From Polaromonas sp. (GTDB lineage: Bacteria > Pseudomonadota > Gammaproteobacteria > Burkholderiales > Burkholderiaceae_C): DNA of 64,000 nucleotides. The notes beneath the pieces were generated by a model, which saw only the letters and a list, made by a program, of their open reading frames with translations, made no database searches and was not told the DNA's origin. Made by a program: the position numbers and the translations under genes. Numbering within the stretch: position 1 is the first letter of the stretch; each line of letters begins with the position of its first letter. Below, one piece after another: positions 51,851 to 61,275 of the stretch. The stretch is taken from contig JANYGP010000031.1 in assembly GCA_025362315.1 (NCBI GenBank), positions 59,886 to 123,885 of the forward strand, given 5' to 3'.

Positions 51851-52798
51851 ATGAACCAACTCGAAGCCCTCAAACAATTCACCACTGTGGTTGCCGATAC
51901 TGGCAACTTCAGGCAGCTTGCACAGTTCAAGCCGCAAGATGCCACCACCAACCCATCGCTGATTTTGAAGGCAGTGCAAAACCCGGACTATCAGCCTTTG
52001 CTGACAGGCGTGGTGGGCAAATTCAAAGGCCGCGCGCTGGATGAAGTTACGGACCGCCTGCTGGTGCGCTTTGGCTGCGAGATTCTGGCTGCCATCCCAG
52101 GCCGTGTATCGACCGAGATTGACGCCCGACTGAGCTTTGATGCCAACGCCACCTTCACACGCGGCGAGCGCATCATTGAGTTGTACGAGGCAGAAGGCGT
52201 GCATATTGACCGCGTGTTGATCAAGGTCGCTGCGACGTGGGAAGGCATTCAGGCTGCTGAAAAGCTGGAGCAGCGCGGCATACACACCAACCTGACACTG
52301 CTGTTTGCCTTCTGCCAGGCAGTGGCGTGCGGGCAGGCCAAAGTCCAGCTGATCTCGCCGTTTGTTGGCCGCATTTATGACTGGCATAAAAAATCTTGTG
52401 GCGCTGCGTGGGTAGAGGCAGACAACGTTGGCGTCAATGACCCGGGTGTGCAGTCAGTGCGCGACATTTACAAGCACTTCAAGCATTTCGGCGTTGCCAC
52501 CGAAATCATGGGCGCAAGTTTTCGCAATGTGGGTCAGATCGCGGCATTGGCGGGATGCGATTTGTTGACCATCAGCCCGGAACTGCTTGCCCAAATGGCT
52601 GCAAGTGATGCGCCATTAACGCAAGCCTTGAATGCCAAAGATGCCAAGACCCTTGACTTGCCCGCCGTTAATTTTGACGAAGCTGGCTTCAGATTCGCAT
52701 TGAATCAGGACGCCATGGCAACAGAAAAACTCGCCGAAGGCATTCGCGGTTTTGTCTCTGATGCCGTCAAGCTTGAGCAACTGATGCTGGCGCTGTGA
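51851..52798 (+). CDS. tal: Transaldolase (copy 1)
   Basis: [42 protein letters not shown]. Confidence 0.97.
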   Translation: MNQLEALKQFTTVVADTGNFRQLAQFKPQDATTNPSLILKAVQNPDYQPLLTGVVGKFKGRALDEVTDRLLVRFGCEILAAIPGRVSTEIDARLSFDANATFTRGERIIELYEAEGVHIDRVLIKVAATWEGIQAAEKLEQRGIHTNLTLLFAFCQAVACGQAKVQLISPFVGRIYDWHKKSCGAAWVEADNVGVNDPGVQSVRDIYKHFKHFGVATEIMGASFRNVGQIAALAGCDLLTISPELLAQMAASDAPLTQALNAKDAKTLDLPAVNFDEAGFRFALNQDAMATEKLAEGIRGFVSDAVKLEQLMLAL

Positions 52799-54372
52799 TG
52801 CGCACCCGGTGCGACCGCACGCCAGCCTGGGGTTTGCTGCAGGCCGGGTTTGACTCAACCGGTAAAAATTTTGACTTGCGTGATGCGTTTGCATCTGACC
52901 CAAACCGCTTTGCCAATTTCAGCCAGGACGCACCACATGTGTTTGCGGACTTGTCCAAAAACCTGATCAACAGCACCACGCAGGCATTGCTATTTGACCT
53001 GGCACGTCAGTGCGGGCTTGAAGCGCACCGGGACGCCATGTTTGCGGGTGAGGCGATCAACAGCACAGAAAACCGTGCCGTGATGCATTTTTTATTAAGA
53101 AATAAGCCTGTAGCCCAATATATACCAGCGCGAGCAGCTATTGATAAAATAGCAGACAAGGCGGCTGAAATTGAAGCCACCCTGAACGCCATGCTTGCGT
53201 TTGCCGAACAGACACGTGCCGATGTTGGCATCACAGACATCGTCAACATTGGCATAGGCGGCTCCGACCTGGGCCCGCAAATGGCGGTGCTGGCGCTGGA
53301 TGAATTTGCTGACAAGGCCAAACGGTTTCACTTCGTATCCAACGTCGATGGGCAAGAGCTTGCCGGCGTGTTGGCACAGTGCAGGCCGCAGACCACGCAG
53401 TTTTTAATTGCCTCGAAAACTTTTACCACCGCAGAGACCCTGCTAAATGCGCAGTCTGCCAAAGCCTGGTTTGAAGCGCACGGCGGGCAGCACGTTGACC
53501 GACATTTTGCTGCGCTGACAACAAATGTTGCCGCGGCCAATGCATTTGGCATCACCACTACATTTGGATTCTGGGACTGGGTGGGGGGACGTTACTCGTT
53601 GTGGTCAGCCATCGGATTACCGATAGCGATAGCGATTGGCGCTAAAGGATTCCGTGAATTTCTGGCCGGCGCACATGCGATGGACGAACACTTTTGCACA
53701 GTGCCGCTTGAGCAAAACTTGCCCGTGCGCCTGGCTCTGCTTGATGTCTGGTACCGCAATTTCCATGGCTTTGCCAGCCGCAGCATTGCGCCGTACAGTT
53801 TCCCGATGCGCCGCTTGCCCGCTTACTTGCAGCAGCTGGAAATGGAAAGCAACGGCAAGCGTGTCGATGCGCAAGGCGAGTCATTGCCATTTGAAACGGC
53901 ACCGGTACTTTGGGGTGAGCCCGGCACGAATGGCCAACACGCGTATTTTCAGATGCTGCACCAGGGCACCAGCGTTGTACCCGTTGAATTTATCGCCGTT
54001 AAAAACGCTGCCAACAGCTTGCCTGGCCACCATCAAAAATTGCTTGCCAACGTTATTGCCCAAGCCCAAGCATTGATGCTGGGCAAAGCCGACGCGGGTG
54101 GGCACAAACACTTTCCCGGCAACCGGCCCAGCACGTTTTTGTTGCTGGACGAATTGACCCCCGCCAGCCTGGGCGCGCTGCTGGCGCTGCAGGAGCACCG
54201 TGTCTTTGTCAGTGGCAGTATTTGGGGCATCAACAGCTTTGACCAGTGGGGCGTTGAGCTGGGCAAGGTGCTTGCGCAAGACATTGAGCTGCGTTTGCAA
54301 AGCGGCGAAGCGGCTGGGCTCGACGGGTCCACGGCTGGGTTGTTGCAACGCTTGCGTTCAAGCGCACGATAA
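52795..54372 (+). CDS. pgi: Glucose-6-phosphate isomerase (copy 1)
   Basis: [46 protein letters not shown]. Confidence 0.97.
   Translation: MMRTRCDRTPAWGLLQAGFDSTGKNFDLRDAFASDPNRFANFSQDAPHVFADLSKNLINSTTQALLFDLARQCGLEAHRDAMFAGEAINSTENRAVMHFLLRNKPVAQYIPARAAIDKIADKAAEIEATLNAMLAFAEQTRADVGITDIVNIGIGGSDLGPQMAVLALDEFADKAKRFHFVSNVDGQELAGVLAQCRPQTTQFLIASKTFTTAETLLNAQSAKAWFEAHGGQHVDRHFAALTTNVAAANAFGITTTFGFWDWVGGRYSLWSAIGLPIAIAIGAKGFREFLAGAHAMDEHFCTVPLEQNLPVRLALLDVWYRNFHGFASRSIAPYSFPMRRLPAYLQQLEMESNGKRVDAQGESLPFETAPVLWGEPGTNGQHAYFQMLHQGTSVVPVEFIAVKNAANSLPGHHQKLLANVIAQAQALMLGKADAGGHKHFPGNRPSTFLLLDELTPASLGALLALQEHRVFVSGSIWGINSFDQWGVELGKVLAQDIELRLQSGEAAGLDGSTAGLLQRLRSSAR
53089..53154 (-). repeat. 66-bp TGCTAT repeat, in-frame in pgi copy 1
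   Basis: rc TGCTATTTTATCAATAGC-TGCTCGCGCTGGTATATATTGGGCTACAGGC. Confidence 0.8.
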
Positions 54373-54407
54373 CTATTCAGGCGTTTGCTCTCAGGCCAGT
54401 TCGATCT

Positions 54408-54713
54408 TTAAAGTTGACCCAAATTCAAATCAATCAATGCACTCAGGATGAGTGGTGCAAACTCCAGCGCCGTCTCAATTCGATTATTTGGGGCAACCAA
54501 GACAAGTGCTGCAACCGGCATGCTGCTGTTTTGCTGATAGGGGAGGTTTTGGTCAAAAGTGACGAGCGCATCATTTTGAGCAAACTTCATGGCAGCTAGC
54601 AATTCACCGTTGAAAAGCCCAGCAAATCTGGCTGTTTGCGCTGTGCGCACAAAGTGCCCTTGAATCAGAAAACCGAGCGCACGGGGAACTGATTCGTCCA
54701 GCAGAATACGCAT
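54408..54713 (-). CDS. DUF5615 PIN-like toxin
   Basis: MRILLDESVP, LVTFDQNL.YQQN; follows a DUF433 gene. Confidence 0.8.
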   Translation of the reverse strand: MRILLDESVPRALGFLIQGHFVRTAQTARFAGLFNGELLAAMKFAQNDALVTFDQNLPYQQNSSMPVAALVLVAPNNRIETALEFAPLILSALIDLNLGQL

Positions 54714-54718
54714 CACGT

Positions 54719-54925
54719 TCAGGCCGCCAGCAATGCCTGCTTGCTCGCCTCAAGTACATTGATCGCCCTGTCGTGTGTCACCGTCGGGAATTGATCTAAA
54801 AATTCACCCAGGCTGTCGCCTGCCTCGAGGTAGTCAAACAACGACTGCACCGGGACACGCGTCCCCGCAAAGCATGGCGTGCCGCTCATCAACATGGGGT
54901 TTTGGGTGATGTATTAGCTTGACAT
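54719..54925 (-). pseudogene. DUF433 antitoxin with in-frame TAA at codon 4 (not in ORF track)
   Basis: Manual translation MSS*YITQNPMLMSGTPCFAGTRVPVQSLFDYLEAGDSLGEFLDQFPTV... Confidence 0.8.
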
Positions 54926-54986
54926 GTTTTACTTTCAAAGCTTTTTTTGGAGTTTACTGCTTGGCTGCTTAAACAGGTTTCCGCTA

Positions 54987-56353
54987 CTACGGCGTACTCT
55001 TTGGTGACTCTGATTTATTTTTGGTCAAGAAAGGCATTTTTTCCAGAAGCGATTCCAGCGGTGACGATGCCTCATTTTTTGATGAGTCGTAATAGTGCGT
55101 TGGATTCTCACCAAAGGAGCGTATAGCAAAGGCTAGCAATTGTTGTTTGAGTTCATCATTCCCTGAGTCGTTAACGGTCTGGCGGTAGCTCTCATACGCT
55201 AGCGCTGATGCTGACTTGTATTGGTAGTCGGTAAACACGCGGTTCAATGCACTTAACTTGCGCGAGGCTATCCATGCAACCCAAATGCCTGGGGTTGCAA
55301 GTGACAGCATTCGGATTAGCCGAAACGCAAATTTTTCTGCAGTTTTCGCAAAGCCGTTTTGGATTTCAAAAATGACTGCTAGCGTGCCAATAAGGACAAG
55401 ATAAAGCAGCGCTCTGTCAAACCTTTGCTGAGTTTGTTGGATAGATGTTTCAGTTTTTAGCGACATGGTTGTAAAAGAACCTGCCAAACCCTCCATTTGC
55501 GCGCTTTGTAGAGCCCTCGTCAGTCTGTTTTGTATCTGTTCTTGCTGCTCGATAGCTTTATTAAGTGCGACGGTTGAGTTTTCTAAATCAGTTTTCGTTT
55601 TAGCTGCCGTCGATTGCGTTTCACCACGAATTTTTTGTGCTTCTACATGTATTTTTTGTGCCTCTGAAAGCGCATCATTTGCCACTTTTAAGGTTTGATT
55701 AAAACTAGCTGTTGCAATCTCAATTCCTTCACTACTTGTCGACGCAATTTCGTCTATGCTTTCTTGGCTGGCCACTATTTTTTCTTTTGCGTCAGTTGCC
55801 GACGTAGTGAGCTTATTCAATGTTTCCGTCACTGACTGTTCAGCATCATCAAGCCTCGAAATCTTCGTAATAAGATCCGGCCATTCAATATTGAATTTTT
55901 CTGCTTGATCAGTCGCTATTTGCAGCGTGCTGATGTCTTGCGATATTCGTTCTTTGCAGCATCCACAATTGCGGTTGCTTCCCGTGCTGAGTCAAGGGAT
56001 AGTTCGCGAATTAAATTTATGGACGCTGCATATAGCGCTCCGAAATTTCTATTTGTACACATCCAATCTACGCTGTTTCCTGCATGATCTAAGGCGTTAC
56101 TCAATCCTCCTAAATTAACATTGAGTGCCTTAAGTAGCGGCGGTGAAATGGTTCTGGACACGCGAGCCCTGTTCGAAAGTGCAGTCAAGGTGGACACCCA
56201 ACGCGTTAATTCATCAGTTACAGATTTATAAGTAACAGCAACCCCAAGATGAGAATGCAACTGCCCTTCCTCGTTCGGGCGCGGGGTCACCACATTTGTG
56301 ATCCATTTGCTTTGAATTTTTTCCGCGACGCACAAGATATCTTTTACTGTCAT
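54987..56353 (-). pseudogene. AT-rich hypothetical coiled-coil plus 2-TM protein, split by a 1-nt frameshift near 55953
   Basis: Adding one A at gct gca aa(a) gaa cga joins ORFs 55916-56353 and 54987-55832 through an open frame (ERISQDISTL...SVTET). Confidence 0.7.
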
Positions 56354-56366
56354 GATCCAGTTCCAT

Positions 56367-56399
56367 AAAAAAACCCACAGGCTTTCGCTCTGCGGGTTT
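56367..56399 (-). terminator. Intrinsic terminator of the minus-strand groEL fragment
   Basis: aaacccgcaga-gcgaaagc-ctgtgggttttttt on minus strand. Confidence 0.8.
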
Positions 56400-56458
56400 G
56401 GTTGATCAGCTGCCTACACTGGGCATAGGAGCTAGTGCAAAAGCTGGTTCAGGCGGGA

Positions 56459-56824
56459 TCACATATCCATGCCGCCCATACCACCCATGCCGCCCATACC
56501 GCCGCCGCCACCCATGCCGCCGCCAGCGGCGTCGTCTTTGGGTGCTTCAGCAATCATGGCTTCGGTCGTCAGCATCAGGCTGGCGACAGAGGCTGCGTTT
56601 TGCAGCGCCGTGCGGGTCACCTTGGTTGGGTCAAGAATACCCATTTCGATCATGTCGCCGTAGGTGTCGTTGGCGGCGTTGAAGCCGAAGTTGCCCTTGC
56701 CAGCCAGCACCGCAGCCACCACCACGCTGGCTTCGCCGCCGGCGTTTTGCACGATGATGCGAATCGGCTCTTCGATGGCGCGCAGGATCAGCTTGATGCC
56801 GGCGTCCTGGTCAGCGTTGTCACC
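56459..56824 (-). pseudogene. groEL: groEL 3' fragment A (last about 121 aa only)
   Basis: [11 protein letters not shown]...[20 protein letters not shown]...GGMGGMDM. Confidence 0.92.
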
Positions 56825-57128
56825 ATTGCGCGAAATCGTGTTCAACGGCGGCGGCGAAGCGTCAGTTGTTGTCGCAGCTGTGATGGCTGGCAAAGGCAAC
56901 TACGGCTACAACGCAGCCAACGAAACTTACGGCGACATGATTGAAATGGGTATTCTGGACCCTACCAAAGTAACCCGCACCGCACTGCAAAACGCAGCGT
57001 CTGTTGCCAGCCTGATGCTGACGACCGAGTGCATGATTGCTGAAGCACCAAAAGACGACGCCGCTGGCGGCGGCATGGGTGGTGGCGGCATGGGTGGAAT
57101 GGGCGGCATGGGCGGCATGGACATGTAA
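56823..57128 (+). pseudogene. groEL: groEL 3' fragment B (last about 101 aa only)
   Basis: [16 protein letters not shown]...[10 protein letters not shown]...GGMGGMDM. Confidence 0.92.
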
Positions 57129-57165
57129 TGTCCGCCTGAGCCAGACTTGTTCTGGCTCAAAAGCC

Positions 57166-57204
57166 AAAAAGGGCTGCAGTGCGAAAGCGCTGCAGCCCTT
57201 TTTT
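57166..57204. terminator. Bidirectional intrinsic terminator
   Basis: aaaaagggctgcagtgc-gaaa-gcgctgcagccctttttt. Confidence 0.9.
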
Positions 57205-57218
57205 AATGCCTCAAAAAC

Positions 57219-57548
57219 TTATGCAGCGACCACGTCGTGTGCGTTGCTGCCTTCAGTCGTTGGCTGTACCCACCAGTAAATCAGCACGAACAAACCAATG
57301 CCCGTCAGGCCAATCAGTTGCCACCAGCCGCTTTTGCCGATGTCGTGCAGGCGGCGCGTACCCACCGCCAGCGCGGGTAGCAGCAGCGCCAGACTGGCCA
57401 GCGCGGCAACGGTGTCACCGATCATCGAGGCGGCTACAGAGACCAGAATCTGAAACAGAAAGAACCACCAGAACTCGGGGCGCGATGCGCGCCCTGAAAA
57501 CGTGGCGTATTTGGAAAGGCATGTAGAAATGGCTTGGCCGAAATTCAT
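57219..57548 (-). CDS. DUF805 inner-membrane protein
   Basis: YATFSGRASRPEFWWF, RRLHDIGKSGWW. Confidence 0.92.
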   Translation of the reverse strand: MNFGQAISTCLSKYATFSGRASRPEFWWFFLFQILVSVAASMIGDTVAALASLALLLPALAVGTRRLHDIGKSGWWQLIGLTGIGLFVLIYWWVQPTTEGSNAHDVVAA

Positions 57549-57625
57549 GTTTTTCTCCTCCTCAGGATATGAACGGGGTCAATTCCCCAGAACCATAATA
57601 CGCGGCAACGGTGACGATCGACAAG

Positions 57626-58534
57626 TTATCTGGTCGGTGCAGCACCTGAGCCTTGCCCTGGTTTCAGTACAACCGGGCCGTACCACGCCTGCAAGGGGCC
57701 AAGGTTTCGTTCACCTTCAGTGAAAACGGCAAAACTGGTCAACGCGCCGGGCTCTTCGCCAAACGCCTTTTGGAAATCAGCCCGAACGTCGCGCTCGTAG
57801 CTTCGCCACTGGTTGTAGCCACCGTCACCCGACTCCACGACCAGTTTGCGGATTCTGTCGGTCTGGTCGTTGGCAATCACCGCACCCGGCGGGCTGACGC
57901 GTGACCATGAATAAATTAGCGTGGCATAGGGCAAGGGCTCGCCCGTCAGCAGCTGACTTAATTCCGAGAGCAATGCGTTCTTCATGGAAAAACGGCTGCG
58001 ATCGCCTTCAAATGCCAGCACCACACGAACGGGCACATCTTCCAGCTTGGAGATGGACGCGTTGGCGCCCGAGGTAGCGTCTGGCACATTCCATGAAAAA
58101 CTGACGCGCCCCAGACTGGACGGCTCCAGGCGAAACCGGTGCCGCAGGATGCTGCCCGAGGCATCTGCCACAGCCAGCACGGCATCGCGGCCTTCGTGTT
58201 GTACATGGCGGTAGCGGGTGGGTTGCTTGCCGGGTACGCGGAAAATTTCCCACGCCAGCGCTTCGGATTTGTTGTCTGCCTGACTGGCATCCAGCGACAG
58301 CGCTGCCCAGGGCGTACCGCTGACCTCCAGAGCCGGTGCAAGCGTGGCAACGCTTTCAGTCGGCTCGTCGGCTTCAAGTTCGGGGCTGGATTTTTCGGAT
58401 TTCGCGGCGCTGACGCATCCAACCACAAGGGACACACCCACCGTCAAGGCCATCACCCCGCGCAAGGCAGGCACAAAAACATGCGGCCGGCGCGTCGGTG
58501 CAGTGGATACAGGTGAAATGCTCGAAGACGGCAT
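57626..58534 (-). CDS. DUF3047-family lipoprotein (copy 2)
   Basis: VVGC lipobox-like; shares VLAFEGDRS.FS.KNA.LSEL..LLTGEPLPYATL with copy 1. Confidence 0.8.
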   Translation of the reverse strand: MPSSSISPVSTAPTRRPHVFVPALRGVMALTVGVSLVVGCVSAAKSEKSSPELEADEPTESVATLAPALEVSGTPWAALSLDASQADNKSEALAWEIFRVPGKQPTRYRHVQHEGRDAVLAVADASGSILRHRFRLEPSSLGRVSFSWNVPDATSGANASISKLEDVPVRVVLAFEGDRSRFSMKNALLSELSQLLTGEPLPYATLIYSWSRVSPPGAVIANDQTDRIRKLVVESGDGGYNQWRSYERDVRADFQKAFGEEPGALTSFAVFTEGERNLGPLQAWYGPVVLKPGQGSGAAPTR

Positions 58535-58661
58535 GGTGCGTGGGTTCCGGTGTTTTGGGCGGGGCAGAACGAGCCACCCCTGGACGTACCCCCAAATTTT
58601 AGCCAACGCACATGGCAATCGTGCGACAAGCAGCGACCAATAAGGCCGGTGCTTGCCGGGC

Positions 58662-60236
58662 TTATTGATCTCGGCAAATATGGCCAAGCAAACCAGCGGT
58701 TGAGCCATCCAGCCCTTGTGCATCGCCTGTGACCAGCCGGACCTGCATATTCTTCGCCAGCACTTTGCCCAGCTCCACGCCCCATTGGTCAAAGCTGTTG
58801 ATGCCCCAAATGGCACCGCTGACAAACACGCGGTGCTCCTGCAGGGCCAACAGCGCGCCCAGGCTGGTGGGCGTCAATGCATCGAGCAGCAAAAAGGTAC
58901 TGGGCCGGTTACCGGGAAAGTGTTTGTGGCCACCGGAGTCCGTTTTTCCCACCATCAAGGCCTGTGCCTGCGCCAGCGCGTTGGCAAGCAGCTGGCTATG
59001 GTGACCAGGCAAGCTGTGCGATGCTTTTTTGATGGCCACAAATTCGACCGGTACCACGCTGGTGCCCTGGTGCAGCATCTGGAAATACGCATGCTGGCCG
59101 TTGGTGCCAGGCTCGCCCCAGAGCACGGGCGCCGTCTCAAATGGCAACGTCTGGCCCCGGCTGTCGACGCGCTTGCCGTTGCTTTCCATTTCAAGCTGTT
59201 GCAGGTACGCGGGCAGGCGGCGCAGGGCGCTGCTGTAGGGCGCAATACTGCGGCTGGTCAAGCCGTGAAAGTTGCGGTACCAGACATCCAGCAGGCCCAG
59301 CCGCACCGGCAGGTTGTGCTCAAGCACTGCGCTTCTGAAGTGTTCGTCCATCGCATGGGCGCCAGCCAGCAGCGCCCGAAAACCCTGGCCGCCTACGGCC
59401 ATGGCGATCGGCAGGCCAATGGCAGACCACAGCGAGTAACGGCCACCCACCCAGTCCCAAAACCCGAACGTGGTGGTGATGCCGAACGCATTGGCTGCAG
59501 CGACATTGCTTGTTAACGCGGCAAAATGCCGGGCGATGTCCTGGCCGTCGTTGGCCTCAAACCAGCCCCTGGCCGAGTGCGCGTTGGTCATGGTCTCCAG
59601 CGTAGCGAAAGTTTTGGAGGCGATCAAAAACAGGGTGTTTTGTGGTTTGACCTGCGCCAGCACACTGGAAAGCTCCTGCCCGTCAACATTGGAGACGAAA
59701 TGAAAGCGCTTGCCTTTGATTGCAAACTCGCTTAACGCCAGCACGGCCATTTGCGGCCCCAGATCAGAGCCACCAATACCGATGTTGACAATGTCGGTAA
59801 TGGCGTCGTCGGCGCGCACCTGCTCGGCGTAGGCCAGCATGCGGTCCAGGCCGGCATGCACTTCCGCCTGCAGATCTGCTATTTTATCAATAGCAGCATG
59901 CGCTGGAATAAACTGCCCAGCGAGGCCATTTCTCAATAAGAAATGCATCACGGAACGCTGCTCGGTGCTATTGATCAGCGCCCCCGAGAACATGGCGTCA
60001 CGGTGCTGCTCCAGACCGCATTGCCGGGCCAGCGCAAACAACTGTTGCTCAACAGCCGTGTCCACCAGGTTCTTGGACAAGTCGGCAAAGACGTGTGGTG
60101 CGCTCTGGCTGAAATGCGCAAACCTTTGCGGGTCTGCGGCGAAGGCGTCGCACAGGTCAAAGCTTTTTCCAGAGGTTTCAAACGCCGTTCGCAAAAGTGC
60201 CCAGGCGGCCGTTTGGTCGCAGCGTGGCCACATCAT
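58662..60236 (-). CDS. pgi: Glucose-6-phosphate isomerase (copy 2)
   Basis: Same catalytic motifs as copy 1. Confidence 0.97.
   Translation of the reverse strand: MMWPRCDQTAAWALLRTAFETSGKSFDLCDAFAADPQRFAHFSQSAPHVFADLSKNLVDTAVEQQLFALARQCGLEQHRDAMFSGALINSTEQRSVMHFLLRNGLAGQFIPAHAAIDKIADLQAEVHAGLDRMLAYAEQVRADDAITDIVNIGIGGSDLGPQMAVLALSEFAIKGKRFHFVSNVDGQELSSVLAQVKPQNTLFLIASKTFATLETMTNAHSARGWFEANDGQDIARHFAALTSNVAAANAFGITTTFGFWDWVGGRYSLWSAIGLPIAMAVGGQGFRALLAGAHAMDEHFRSAVLEHNLPVRLGLLDVWYRNFHGLTSRSIAPYSSALRRLPAYLQQLEMESNGKRVDSRGQTLPFETAPVLWGEPGTNGQHAYFQMLHQGTSVVPVEFVAIKKASHSLPGHHSQLLANALAQAQALMVGKTDSGGHKHFPGNRPSTFLLLDALTPTSLGALLALQEHRVFVSGAIWGINSFDQWGVELGKVLAKNMQVRLVTGDAQGLDGSTAGLLGHICRDQ
59877..59943 (+). 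repeat. 66-bp TGCTAT repeat, in-frame in pgi copy 2
   Basis: TGCTATTTTATCAATAGC-AGCATGCGCTGGAATAAACTGCCC. Confidence 0.7.
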
Positions 60237-61183
60237 CCGGCAGCCAACATCAACTGCTCGAGTTTCACGGCATCGGCCACGAAGGCGCGTATGCCCTCGG
60301 CCAGCTTCTCCGTGGCCATCGCGTCCTGATTCAGGGCGTACCTGAAACCGGCCTCATCAAAATTGACGGCGGGCAAGTCCAGCGCCCCGGCCGCATGGGC
60401 GTCAAGGGTGCTGGTCAGTGGGGCGTCGGAGGCGGCCAGTTGCGCGAGCAGCTCAGGGCTGATGGTCAGCAGGTCGCAGCCTGCAAGGGCCGTGATCTGG
60501 CCGACATTGCGAAAGCTTGCGCCCATGACCTCAGTAGCAATGCCAAAGTGTTTGTAGTGGTTGTAAATCTCGCGCACAGACTTGACGCCTGCATCATGGA
60601 TGCCTGCGTTATCGGCCTCGACCCACGCTGAGCCTGCAGATTTTTTATGCCAGTCATAGATCCGCCCGACAAAAGGCGAAATCAGTTGCACTTTGGCCTG
60701 CCCGCACGCCACGGCCTGGCAGAACGAAAACAGCAATGTGAGGTTGGTGTGGATACCACGCTGTTCCAGCTTTTCGGCGGCCTGAATGCCTTCCCAGGTA
60801 GCAGCGACCTTGATCAGTACGCGGTCGATATGAATGCCCTCGGCCTGGTACAACTCAATGATGCGCTCACCCCGGGTGAGTGTGGCATTGGCATCAAAAC
60901 TCAGGCGTGCATCGACCTCGGTCGACACGCGGCCAGGCACGATGGACAAGATTTCACAGCCAAAACGCACCAGCAGTCGGTCCATCACCTCATCGAGCGC
61001 GCGGCCGCTGAATTTACCCACGGTGCTGGCCAGCAGCGGTGCGTAATCAGGCTTTTGTACCGCCTTCAAAATCAGCGACGGGTTGGTGGTGGCATCCTGT
61101 GGCTTGAATTGGCCCAGTTGTTTGAAGTCACCGGTATCGGCCACCACAGTGGTGAATTGTTTAAGTGCGTCGAGCTGGTTCAT
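60233..61183 (-). CDS. tal: Transaldolase (copy 2)
   Basis: Same motifs as copy 1. Confidence 0.97.
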   Translation of the reverse strand: MNQLDALKQFTTVVADTGDFKQLGQFKPQDATTNPSLILKAVQKPDYAPLLASTVGKFSGRALDEVMDRLLVRFGCEILSIVPGRVSTEVDARLSFDANATLTRGERIIELYQAEGIHIDRVLIKVAATWEGIQAAEKLEQRGIHTNLTLLFSFCQAVACGQAKVQLISPFVGRIYDWHKKSAGSAWVEADNAGIHDAGVKSVREIYNHYKHFGIATEVMGASFRNVGQITALAGCDLLTISPELLAQLAASDAPLTSTLDAHAAGALDLPAVNFDEAGFRYALNQDAMATEKLAEGIRAFVADAVKLEQLMLAAG

Positions 61184-61232
61184 GACTCATGGAGTGGGAT
61201 GTTTCACAAGTTACCATTATGCCAATACAATA

Positions 61233-61247
61233 TGAAACTTAGTTACA
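61233..61247. promoter_or_regulatory. Candidate HexR operator between divergent tal2 and zwf2
   Basis: TGAAAC-TTA-GTTACA, at a similar distance from the zwf start as the 45120 box. Confidence 0.5.
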
Positions 61248-61275
61248 TGCCAGTGATAAACGATAAAAATCCCTT

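Noticed and set aside
54914-54916. Recoded stop (Sec/Pyl) in the DUF433 gene
   Set aside because: Codon is TAA, not TGA or TAG; no recoding signal evident.
56459-57128. Novel small Gly-Met repeat proteins (146-aa and 154-aa ORFs)
   Set aside because: They are GroEL C-termini; their apparent N-termini are the antisense of the opposite fragment.
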